Shown: piece by piece, positions 1-11,555 of the stretch
How positions within the stretch are numbered: the stretch's first letter is position 1
Layout of the letters: each line of letters opens with the position of its first letter
Assembly (NCBI RefSeq): GCF_006345805.1
Contig: NW_021833457.1
Span: forward strand, 10,276-74,275
Length of the DNA: 64,000 bases
From: Octopus sinensis
Lineage: Eukaryota
Direction of reading: 5' to 3'
Notes under the pieces: model-generated
Databases searched by the model: none
The model's input: the letters and a program-made list of their open reading frames with translations, nothing else
Told to the model about the DNA's origin: nothing
Position numbers and translations under genes: made by a program

Positions 1-540
1 AGCATCAACTTTGGTTACACAGAATATCTTCACACCCCTTGTTTTCATTATTTCCTCACCTACCAGATTTGACCGCGGCCTGACCTTGATTTATTCCAAC
101 GGACTTTTTTGTCGGCCTCTACCAACGTACATTGAGAAACAGTTTAACCCACTTCATGGGCTCCTAGGGAGCGTTCTTGTTCGAGTTGCTTGCTGCGCTT
201 TTGTTTTGTTTGGACATCGTAATTCCTGGATTTTCCTGAAGAGAAAGATGCAATATGGTATCCTTATTCAATCAGAATTTGGAAATTTGTGGCCTTTGAA
301 ACATGTGTAGAATGTAATAAAAGGAATTCTGTAGAATCTTCGTTCAGCTCCATTTCTTCCATTCACTAATTATATTAAACTTCAATTATCCGCGCCAACG
401 CACGGTTGCAACACCCTATGGTCATAACTCCAACCGTGTTTTTTCTGCTGTGATTTTTGCTACCCAGGTATCGGTTAAACTTTTGAATAATCCGTAACAA
501 GATAATTCATCTTTCCATTTCAACAAACATATATATTTGT

Positions 541-767
541 TTGTTTTTGTTTTTGTTTTTTCCAGTTTCAGCTCTTGAGCTGTGGCCATGCTGGGGCACC
601 GCCATTGTGGTGAAAGAGTACAGCAGGGATCACCACCCCCTGCCGGAGCCTCGTAGAGCTTTTAGGTGTTTTCGCTCAATAAACACACACAACGCCCAGT
701 CTGAGAATCGAAACCGCGATCCTGCGACCGCGAGTCCGCTGCCCTAACCACTAGGCCATTGCGCCTC

Positions 768-770
<3 letters not shown>
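541..770 (-). mobile_element. tRNA-derived SINE
   Basis: Minus head GGCGCAATGGCCTAGTGGTTAGG...GGTTTCGATTC (A and B boxes); tail CCCCAGCATGGCCACAG...CTGAAAC followed by (CAAAAA)n. Confidence 0.8.
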
Positions 771-812
<42 letters not shown>

Positions 813-888
813 ATATTATATATATATATATGTATGTATATATGTATATATATATGTATGTATATATGTATGTATACATGTCTATATA

Positions 889-927
<39 letters not shown>

Positions 928-962
928 TATATATATATATGAAAATATATATGTATATATAT
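771..962. repeat. (TA)n/(TATG)n microsatellite; similar arrays at ~2415-2515, 2780-2920, 6044-6240, 55617-55659, 56520-56617, 57721-57760, 59612-59655
   Basis: Direct inspection; source of the YI-repeat ORFs. Confidence 0.95.
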
Positions 963-1144
963 AGATAAGAAAGTTGGTTTGTGAAAGCACGTGGGTGAAT
1001 ATATAAAAAATAGTAAAGAGTGAAAAAACGACAGAAGGCTTAAATGTTAAAAAATATATATATTTGCGTCAATATGTCTGAAGAATATTAGAAAATTTTT
1101 TAAACAATTTTTTTTTTTTTTCCTTTATAATGACATAATTTTTA

Positions 1145-1183
1145 AAGAAAGACCGGTTTCGCATTTAGCTTTTCAAATTTCTT
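1145..1183 (-). ncRNA. Mirror copy of the U3/A8 hammerhead in the left inverted arm
   Basis: Exact reverse complement of 1993-2031. Confidence 0.6.
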
Positions 1184-1339
1184 GTGACGTTATGTTTATG
1201 TTTAATAGAGTTATCCTTGTGTTTAAGCTCCGGAGAGTTCTAAACAAGGGAAGGTAGTGGGTGATTTCTTCCGGTGTAAGGGAGATAATCGCTTAAAAAT
1301 TTTTTTCGTTTCTCTTAATGTGAATTTCTCTGTACCATA

Positions 1340-1861
1340 CACCAAATCATTAAAAGCTACAAACAGCCTAAATCACTTAAAAAGATTCTCACAAAGGCAA
1401 AATTGTCTTCTGAAATTAGGGATGCAAAAGTAAAAAAATGTGGTAGATCGAACTGTGCAACATGTCCTAACCTGCTAGAAGGATCAGAATTCCTCTTTAA
1501 AGAGGGACAGAAATTCAAGATCAAATCTAACTTTACTTGTGCCTCTGAAAACATAATTTATGTCATAAAATGCTCGGGCTGCCACCAAGACTACGTGGGT
1601 TCCACGGGACTATCACTCAGACGTAGATGCACACTGCATCGACAACAGATTGCATTCCCAGAATATAGAATGATACCTTTTAGTGAGCACATTGAGAAAT
1701 GCGCAAAGCAACTACTACCACAATTTTTAATCTTTCCATTTTACCAATGTGCTTTCGGATCATCAACACAAATTAGACTAAACAAGGAAACATTCTTCAT
1801 TGAAAAGTACAAGCCCAGACTCAACCATCCGAACATACTGGTACAGAGAAATTCACATTAA
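1340..1861 (+). pseudogene. Penelope GIY-YIG endonuclease domain, open frame, RT missing
   Basis: HQIIKSYKQPKSLKKILTKAK...CGRSNCATC...FTCASENIIYVIKCSGCHQDYVGSTG...R...H...KETFFIEKYKPRLN. This carries the IIY/YVG GIY-YIG motifs and the Cys pattern typical of Penelope-like elements. Confidence 0.9.
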
Positions 1862-1992
1862 GGGAAAGGAAAAAAATTTTTAAGCGATTATCTCCCTTAC
1901 ACCGGAAGAAATCATCCACTACCTTCCCTTGTTTAGAACTCTCCGGAGCCTAAACACAAGGATAACTCTATTAAACATAAACATAACGTCAC

Positions 1993-2031
1993 AAGAAATT
2001 TGAAAAGCTAAATGCGAAACCGGTCTTTCTT
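1993..2031 (+). ncRNA. Minimal type-I hammerhead ribozyme, U3/A8 core variant
   Basis: AAGAAA-U-UUGAAAA-GC(UAAAU)GC-GAAA-CCGG-UC-UUUCUU. Stem I is 6 bp, stem III is the palindrome ACCGGU, cleavage triplet GUC. Confidence 0.6.
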
Positions 2032-2274
2032 TAAAAATTATGTCATTATAAAGGAAAAAAAAAAAAAAAAAATTTGTTTAAAAAATTTTCTAATATTCTT
2101 CAGACATATTGACGCAAATATATATATTTTTTAACATTTAAGCCTTCTGTCGTTTTTTCACTCTTTACTATTTTTTATGTATATATATATATATACATTC
2201 AAAATGTGACCGCGTGTGTACCGTTAGCGATTTTTTTCTCCGTCTTCCCTTCTCTGGATCTTTCCTTTTCCTAT

Positions 2275-2309
2275 GTTTCTGACGAAGAGCTCCGCTCGAA
2301 ACGTTAAAC
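2275..2309 (+). ncRNA. Minimal type-I hammerhead ribozyme
   Basis: GUUU-CUGACGA-A-GAGC(UCC)GCUC-GAAA-CG-UU-AAAC. Canonical core, stem I GUUU/AAAC, stem II 4 bp, palindromic stem III AACGUU. Confidence 0.8.
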
Positions 2310-2439
2310 CCTCCGTCTTCCCTTCCTTCCTGAGCGTCCAATAATACTATATTTGTTCCACGTCCTCGCGTTGTTGTGTTTTCTCTTTGTGTTTTCATGT
2401 TTGGATTAACTTTATATGCATATATATATATATAGATAG

Positions 2440-2520
<81 letters not shown>

Positions 2521-2834
2521 AATAAGAAAATGGAGGAACAGATTCATTTCGATCATCGACTTACAAATATTACCAATTCATATTATTTATTAACTACATA
2601 AATAGGAAGATCCAAATCCAACAAAACAAAACAATTTACATCAATATGTAAGATAATAATACCATAAGAATAATACACATAAAATTGATCCTACAGCTGT
2701 TTCAGCCTCTATATAAAGGTATCTCATTCTGCCTATATTAGTCAGATGTATTGAGGTAATATGCAATTAAAAATGAGTTACTTATATATATGTATATATG
2801 TATATATATGTATATATTATATATATATATATAC

Positions 2835-2888
<54 letters not shown>

Positions 2889-2890
2889 TA

Positions 2891-2923
<33 letters not shown>

Positions 2924-3183
2924 AACAATAATAGTATGAGGAAATATTATTCCAAAATTACAGGGAAAAATTCAATTCGAAATATAAAATTAAATTTCAC
3001 AAAATATCATATATATATATGTAAATTAGAAAAAAAACACCTTTTATCAATTCAATAATGAAAAATTAAATTATACCATTTAGAAAAATTACATATTATA
3101 GAAAGATTAAATATAAGATAAAGCATATAACGATAATTAAGTAATGTGTAAAATGATAAATAAAACGTATAAATTTGGTAGAA

Positions 3184-3290
3184 TAACGACACGTGTTCCG
3201 TGGCTATATTTAAGAAATGATAATAGTAAAAATAATAGTAGTAGTAGTAGTAAAATCACTTCAATATAAATATAGCCACTCTTCAGGTTA
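3184..3290 (-). ncRNA. Type-I hammerhead with A13G lesion in the pseudo-LTR of a degraded Penelope-like element
   Basis: Minus strand: UAAC-CUGAAGA-GUGGCUAUAUUUA(54-nt loop)UAAAUAUAGCCAC-GGAA-CACGUG-UC-GUUA. Stem II is a perfect 13 bp; GAAA is mutated to GGAA. Confidence 0.7.
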
Positions 3291-4027
3291 AAGGTAACAA
3301 CAATAATAGAATAATTAATTACATAAATTAATAAATATACATAAATAATCTTGTAAAATACGAAATATCTTGAATATATTCTTGTTTAAAAGATAAGATA
3401 CAATTAATTAAAATATTTAAAACAAATATATATATAAGATACAAAATATGCATTAAGTGAAAACTAAATACTATAATTTAAACGATATACATTAAATTAA
3501 ATTATTTATTTATTTATTCATTTAATAGACATCTAAATAAAGTTTTATACTCATTAAGTAATTTATATTAAAAACCTTAATATTAAGTAATATACATAAT
3601 GTTAGTACAAGCTATAAATATTGGAATTAAAAATAGGAAATGGTTAAAATATATACACACCTATTAGATAAACTAACTATATTATTAATATATATGTGAT
3701 ATCTATAGATTTAATATTTTACTCAATAATATATTTAACCAAAATATCAATTAATATAAAACTAATATACTTAAATGTAATACTACGTAACAAATATACC
3801 ACCTAATTATTAAATAATGTATTGTCTTACAAAACTAATTCTCAAATTAAATTATATGTAATACGTTAAATCACATTTTAAAAATAATAATAAAGCATAG
3901 TAAATAAATAGATATACATATCACAACTAGTAATTATCATGAAATTATATATAAAATTAATATTTTAACAACAATAATGATAACAATACTACTACTACTA
4001 CTACTACTACTACTAATAATAATAATA

Positions 4028-4066
<39 letters not shown>

Positions 4067-4750
4067 TCAAACTTAATACAATTCAAAAGTTAAATAATAT
4101 TGTTAAATAAAAACGTTACTTAGCTTGTCGATGAAAATAATATAACTGAATTTTAAACGTAAAAATGTAGGTCTTAGCGTTTATAAGAAATTAAACTCGT
4201 GAAGACGTTGTGTAAACAAATAGAATAAAATTATCAATGAAAATGATGAAAACTATTTATTAATGAAAAAGACGAAAAATATTTAAGCTTCATGAATTAA
4301 AGAAAAATAAGAAAAATAGAATAACAAATGACATTTAACTATAAAGACATTTTACTATAAATGACAGTTACTATAAATTAAGTTCCAAATAATTATTACG
4401 TAAAATATACATATAATATTAAATTAATTTATATTACTATAATTAATAGGTCTTAATAAATTATATATAATCATTTATGTATTAAGAAATATCTAAGTTT
4501 AAAATTGTTCAAATATATTAATATAACATATAATAATATAGTAAATTCTACTCTAATACTATTAAATTATATCTACAAGAAATAAATATCATAAAAAGAA
4601 ATAAGGTTTTATGCATACTGAAAAATAAGTTAAACATATTATATAGGTAAATAAATTTATGCTAGCATTTAATTTTAAATGACTATTTACTATAAATTTA
4701 AAGTCTAAATAAGTAAGTAAAATATATATAAATCCTTAAATCCTTAAAAA

Positions 4751-4872
4751 TGTTTTAGCCCGAAGGCCGCGGCCATGCTGGGGCACCACCGCTGAATGAG
4801 CTACACTAGTTTGTGAATCCACCTCTGATACGTGGCACTTGATCAACAAGGGAGTTCGATGCTGCTGCCCGC
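4751..4872 (-). mobile_element. Short 5'-truncated SINE inserted in the Penelope pseudo-LTR
   Basis: GC-rich island in very AT-rich DNA; shares the GGTGCCCCAGCATGGCCGC tail with the other SINEs. Confidence 0.65.
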
Positions 4873-5712
4873 ATATATATAAAATATATATTTTATATTT
4901 AAATTTATTTATATTACTATAATTAACATATCTTAATAAATTTATATAATCATTTATTTATTAGCTAAACCTATTATATAGGTAATTTAATTTATGTTTA
5001 CATTTAGTTTTACGTTCCTCCAATGAGTTTACCAACACATAATTGTTATTAAATAATATTTCTTTGAATTAGTTATTATCCAGTGAATAATAATTACTCC
5101 CTGTACAATATGACTTAGCCCTACAAATAATCTCCCAAGTTAATTTATATCTAATAGATCTAGATTTATGGTCCCAAAAATATTTTTACTGAGACCTGTT
5201 GAATTTCTTAGATTTTTATTCCTAAAAGATTACATATATTGAGATACTCTTGATTTAAATTTATTCGAAGTGTACTCTATATAAATAGTGCTTAAATTAT
5301 GATAATTAAAATTCTTATCAACTATAAAGTTACCATACACTTATAGAGTACATTATCTAAATTACAATTATTATTAAAATTACATGTAGTCTTATCCCTA
5401 CATGTACAATGAATTAAATCTTGGTCTTTATTATTATTATTGGAATCGATATTTTATCTATCTTTATAGAATTTATTTAATTTAAATGTATTAAATGAAG
5501 AAATAATGTTACCAACATTATTAGCAGATGAATACCCAACTCCAAAATTATTATTAGAATAAGTGTTATAATATTTGTTATTATCCCTAATGAATATTTC
5601 AATTATATTTTAAATTTCTTTAATAAGATTTGTTTTAACCTGAGCCGCCCCAAAAGGAACGATTAACCATATTTTATTTTTATCTTTTATATTATTATTA
5701 TTATTATTATTA

Positions 5713-5810
<98 letters not shown>

Positions 5811-6061
5811 TTTTTGTAATATTATTAATTTATCATCTTCATTAAATTTTATCGTATTTTTATTTTTATTTTTATTTCTATTTCTATTTTTATACCAATA
5901 TTAAATGTATGATTTACATTATCAAAATACCTATTATTATTAAGATGATAGATACCTAAATAAGATTTATCATAATTCAGATATCCTGCCTCATGCAGGG
6001 CTTTATTATAATAAGGTGCATGTTTATTAAAAATCTCTAAATCATATATATATATGCATAC

Positions 6062-6177
<116 letters not shown>

Positions 6178-6188
6178 GCATACATATA

Positions 6189-6221
<33 letters not shown>

Positions 6222-6544
6222 ATGTATATGTATATATACATCATGTATCATATACTTTCAGTATGTGGGGACTACTGCTAATTGAGACATACTTATTCGT
6301 TTCTTTCTCCATTTTTTCCACTTCATGTATTCTTTACATAGAAGAGCATAGGCTCAAAACATAGAAGACTTCTAATTCTCCCTGAGTATAAACCTAATAT
6401 ACCGTTTGTTTTAACCTCATCTTCATGTCTTCATGTACCACACACATACACACACACACACACACTCACACACACTTACACACACTAACTCAGGTATATT
6501 GCCACTCCCTAAACTTTATTATTCTGTTTGACATCAAAATCTTT

Positions 6545-8520
6545 TTGTATGCTGGTCATATTTACTAGTGTGCAAGAAAGAAGACTGTAAGACCACTGGT
6601 TTGGTCGTGTGATGCGTATAGATATGGACAGTTGCATAAAGAAGTGCCAATCATTTAAAGTGGATGAAACTTGTGGAAGAGGGAGGCTCAGGAAGACATA
6701 GGATGAAGAACTGAAGGTCATTCTCTGTGCCTTATGAAGGAGATGACAAAGGACTGAAATATCTGGCACTTTGCTTTACTCAAGAAAACCCATCCACCAC
6801 AGCAGAACTGACGTCAATGATAATGATGAATGGGAAAGAGTTTTCACTATGAGAACCCAACAGAGGGACCAGCTATCCTAGCTGACAGCAGTATGATAGG
6901 TAATTAAGGATATGAAGACAGAGAAATTCTCTGGTCCATTAGGAGTTACTACTAAGATGCTTAAAATATCTAGTAGAGTATGATATGGTCTAGTCACTTG
7001 TTATTCGGGAGGATGTCATCCACAATTACTGGTATAGCAGTATGATAGTCAGCTGCTCTCAAGGGTAAGGGAGATAGATACCTCAAAAGTAATTATAGAG
7101 ACATCAAATTGCTGGATCTGGTGATGAAACTCATGGAGAGAGTTATAGCTTAATTAATTAGGAACAGAATTAGACTAGATGAAATGTAGTTCGGTTTTGT
7201 TCCAAGGAGAAGCACTACTGATGCTATTTTCATAGTCAGGTAACTATATACAAGAGAAGTATTTAGCTAAGAATAAACTGTTGTACTTGGCATTTGTTGA
7301 CCTAGAGAAAGCCTTCAACAGAGTACCTCACTCATTGATATGGTGGTCTCTAAGGAATCTAGGGATAGATGAATGCCTTGTAAAAGTGATACAGGCTATG
7401 TACAGGAGTGCTGTTAGCTATGTAAGTATTAGCCTTGAATACAGTGAAGAATTTAGTGTATAGGCAGGTGTTCCCCAAGCTCAGTTCTCAATGCCCCCAC
7501 TTCATTCATCATTATCCTCCAGGCCATAACAGAGGAATTCAAGTCTGATTTCCCATGAGATGCTGATGATTTTGCTTTCATCGCAGATTCTGTAACAGAA
7601 CTAGAAAAGGAATTCCAGGAACTGAAGGGTCTTAAAGTTGACTTAGCAAAGACCATGGTTTTAGTGAGCAAAAATGTAGACAGAACCCTACCCACTTCAG
7701 ATGAATGACTCTGCTACATATATAAGATGTAGGCAGGAATTCCATTCAATGAACCAAGTGCAGGCTATGGACACACAAGAATTGCAGTGGAATCACTGGA
7801 GGGTTAATGGAGAAAATAGTTTTTTTTTGTGTGAAAGATGTACAGAAGGTTGTAGATAATTTCTGTTCTCTAGGTGAACTAATTAGCAGGGGAAGAGGAT
7901 GTTCCAAAAGTATAACTGTTAGAATGAAAATAGAATGGAGAAAATTCAAAGAGCTTTTACCTCTGTTGGTAACCAAAGATCTCTCTCTCTCTCGTTCTCT
8001 CTCTCTCTCTGAATGTAAGATTGTATGATGCTTGTGTACAAACAGTAATGCTGCATGGTAGTGAGATGTGGGCCTTACATGCAGAGAACACATGAAGACG
8101 TCAGAGTAATGGAACCAGTATGTTCTATTGGCCACATCGCTGTACAAGTAAAACTGGGAGTTAGTGCATTGGTCCATTAGGAGTTTCTACTGAAATGCTT
8201 AAAATATCTAGTAGAGTATGATATGGTCCAGTCACTCGTTATGCAGGAAGATGAATTAGATGTAGTATGCAAGAGAGAAACTGCACTGATTTGATCATGT
8301 GATGCATGTAGACAAGGACAGCTGCATAAAGAAATGCCAATCACTTGAAGTGAATGGAGCTTTTGGAAGAGGTAGACCTAGGAAGACATGGGATGAAGTA
8401 TTGGAGGCCCATCTCAAAATGCTGAGTCTTATGGAGATGACAAGTGACTGGTGCCTTGCTGTGCTGGGAAAGATCCATCCACAATAACAGAACTAATATC
8501 CTAAAACCACCTTGGTTAAT
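6545..8520 (+). mobile_element. RTE-clade LINE fragments (RT to 3' end), degraded
   Basis: MYLAFVDLEKAFNRVPH, SF.LGELIS, RMKIEWRKFKELLPLL and GRGRPRKTWDEV motifs with many stops. Confidence 0.85.
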
Positions 8521-8954
8521 GCTTGTATATGCAGGAATTCAGCCCCACTTCCATTCTCACTACCCCATCAAGATTTTCCCCTACATCTCAATCCCTAACA
8601 CTCATCACTTCTTTATCTCTGGTATTGACTTCTATAATCACCTGAGAGCAGAATAGGGACATACTACACCCCTTCCCATTCATTACCTTCCTATTTTCTC
8701 CCCTATCCCAGAGCCACTTCCATTCCTTATTATCCTCCCCTGCCAAGCCTTCTCTCATCTGTTATACTCCATCTTTAACTCTTATTTCACTCTCTCTCAC
8801 TCCCAATGTCCTCACATATCTAACATAACCAACTCAAAGCCACTCCTGTCTCTTTCACCATCAATTATTACAGTCACTCCTATCCTGACTAAACCATCTC
8901 TCCTCACATTCTTATGAAACTTTCCCCTTCTGCTCACTGTCCACTCTATTTTTT

Positions 8955-11555
8955 TTATTATTATTATTCTATTTACACACGTCTGATTAGACTGCTGAAA
9001 TAAATTCTCAATATCAGGCTACAACAAGTAACTTTAGATGCCTTAGAACCTTCCTAAGTTTCCTAGCTGTCCCTAATAATAGTGCTTTCTGGAGCTGCAC
9101 AAAACTAGGTTTTATGCTTATTTCCTCTAGCCATTTGTTCTAATCTTTAGGAATAGTTCCTAATACACTAATAATTACAAGAATACATTTTACACACACA
9201 TTTTTCATAGCCCCCAAAACTCAATGGCTAGTACCTGGTATGTTGTTATTTTCTTTATATCTTTCAAATTGACTTTCTCACTATTCAGAATTGTAAAGTC
9301 AAATATCTGACACTTTCTATTCTCTTTGTCTACAAAATCAGGCCTTCTAGCTTTTATTGCTCTGTCAATCTGAATGTTAAAATCCTACATCTTATATTTT
9401 TTACTTTCTAGTAAGGTTCATGTGCATATCACTTCTCAGTATGGTCAAATCATAGCTTTCTACATAACTTCTAGTGGATTAATCTCCTTAGGTTATCATA
9501 GCTTTTCTTGCATTCTTTCTGTGCCAGCATACAGCATTCACTATCTAAGGAACACTCTCTTCCTTTGATTTACATAACCTACATTGGGAGTCTACTTGAT
9601 TTTTGTCTGTCTTGGCTCTTATCTACTTAGTACTCAATGCTTGATCTTGTGCTGCTACTAACAAACATCTTGCCTCTTTTTCTGCCTTCCTTTCTACCAC
9701 CATAACCTTGTCTCACTATTACTATTTCCTGCAACTATATTTGGGAATCTACCATGCAAAGTATTCTCTTGTCAGTCAGATAATCTTTCTTCTTTTCCTT
9801 GTTTTTAACTTCATTTAGCTTTTTGGTTCCCTATCTCCTACTGTTTCTCTAGCATTTCTTAATAAACTTTCTTCACTGTTACCTACATAGGAGGCTATAT
9901 CTACTCTAATTAATTCCACACAGTCTTCTATTAATATTAAATGTTTACCACCTTCCATTTCTAGGTAAATATAATCTTGCTATTCCTGCATTTAGATGAA
10001 GTCCTCTGTTCATAAAGAATTTCTTTTACAAATTCAGATTTTGTATAATCTACAAAAGGTGCGGAATTTCTCAATAGTGATGCTTCCCAAGTATTTACAG
10101 TCTTTACTAGATTTGAACCATTTAGATCTGACTTCATTAGCTTTCTCACCTTTCCTATGTATTCCTTCTCAATTTTCTCTTTCATTTCTGTAGTTTGTAA
10201 TCTGTCAGATTCTTGTGCATTTAATTACTTATAACTCTTTCCTTCTGTCAGTGATTTTAAGGTCTGGTCATCTGGTGTTAAGGATACCTTCACTGCTCAC
10301 TACTTGTCCCTTTTTCATGACTAATATTGTACACTTATCTATGCCAGATCCCATACTTATATTTTTGCTGAGGTATCTTACTGCTTGTATTATGGAACCT
10401 ATCTCTCTTTTATTCTTACTAAAATATTTCAGATCACCCATGTAAAGCAAGTGGTTAATTTTACCTTTACTATTTCTGAACTGACACCCTGCCTTTGCCT
10501 CCCTTAATAATAAACTGAAGGGGAATAAACATACGATAAATATTAAATAGGATAACAAATCTCCTTGGAAAATCCCAAGTCTCCTTGGAAATTTACTCTC
10601 TTTTCCTAATGCTGTATCATCTTAGTAGAGTACTACTTTCCATTTCTTCATGCTAAATCTAATTAGTTCTCATATGTTGTCTGCAGTACTGCATATTATC
10701 AAACATTTACTTATCCATGAATGTAGAATGTTGTATAAGTTTTCTTATAGTCTATCCTTGCTATTGTTAAATTTTTCTTCCTAGATTTTACTGCATTTAG
10801 AACTGCTTTGTCTATGTATAATAGATCATGCATACATCTAACCATTTCCTCCTCCATTAAGGCAATCATGAAGTTTTTCCCTCAGTCTCCCATATAAGCT
10901 ACTAAGTTTCTTTAATTAGTACCCTTAAATTAGTCCTGGGCCCTTCCAATTGGGCATTTTTCCTAACACTTTCTTCATTAATACACTAATCTTAGATGTA
11001 GCTGCTTCTCACTGATTACTTTTTGCCTTACCTTCTTTAACCATGCTACATCTACATCATTATTGACTGGAATAGCCAAGATATTGCTCCAGAACTTTCT
11101 AGCTTCTCTACATTAGGTTTCTCATCTTTAGTACTTTCTTCTCCAAAATTTACTTGGCTATAAAATCCTCTCTAGTCTGTCTCAAATAATCTATTCTGTT
11201 GATACTAATCTATTCTTTTCTGATATATGGAAAGTGTACCTGTTACTGTTATGATATGCTATTTCAACTCATCCATGACTATCCTAGATATTTTCTCTTT
11301 AACTAAATATCTTTTCACAAGAGAAGATTTAAATTTTGTGTTTCCTAACTTTTTCAGTTTCCAGGCTTCTATTCTTCTCAATCTTCACTTTATTTTGTAA
11401 TCTCCTTTTCAACATTAGATCTTTTCTAATCTTTCCTTGATGAATACCTAATCTTCTGGTGACTACTACTCCTCTTGTATATATCTTACTAATAATAGAA
11501 TTTACTTTCTTAGTCATATCTAGCAGCTTCCTTCTGTTGGTGCTTTTTAATGCTG
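8955..11555 (-). mobile_element. R4/Dong-clade LINE, old degraded copy
   Basis: Minus strand: MPNWKGPG, INHLLYMGDLK, LQKALLLGTARKLRKVL C-terminus, ending in (AAT)n. Confidence 0.8.

Larger units (their letters stand above)
1001..2178 (+). mobile_element. 5'-truncated Penelope-like element with inverted pseudo-LTR arms (1001-1337 / 1839-2178)
   Basis: Two ~340-bp arms are near-perfect reverse complements (a few substitutions and a poly-T length difference). They enclose a GIY-YIG reading frame whose stop lies inside the right arm. Confidence 0.85.
3000..6043 (-). mobile_element. Degraded AT-rich Penelope-like element (thumb/linker plus GIY-YIG, then 3' pseudo-LTR region)
   Basis: Minus-strand translation 6043-5000: [18 protein letters not shown]...KIWLIVPF...VKTNLIKE...VGYSSANNVGNII...CTCRDKTTCNFNNNCNLDNVLYKC...FKSRVSQ...SFRNKNLRNSTGLSK...WEIICRAKSY, with stops and frameshifts. 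A hammerhead lies downstream at 3184-3290. Confidence 0.8.

Noticed and set aside
1-540. 5' end/ORF1 of a LINE on the minus strand (…IKVRP…TRGVKIFC…)
   Set aside because: The similarity is faint and broken by stops; the ORF 11-310 has no recognisable motif. Needs the upstream window.
690-770. tRNA gene
   Set aside because: The tRNA-like head runs into a SINE body and tail and lacks a full cloverleaf; the same holds for the other SINE heads.
751-990. ORFs of YIYIYI, CVCVCV, THTH or III repeats here and throughout the track
   Set aside because: They are translations of (TA)n, (GT)n, (CA)n and (TAT)n microsatellites.
4125-4175. TCGATGAAAAT...ATTTTAAACGTA as a decayed plus-strand hammerhead
   Set aside because: Multiple core mismatches, no stem I, and likely by chance in very AT-rich DNA.
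3000-6043. Mitochondrial insertion (numt) or AT-rich endosymbiont DNA
   Set aside because: The minus strand translates to Penelope GIY-YIG motifs with a pLTR hammerhead; no mitochondrial gene is recognisable.
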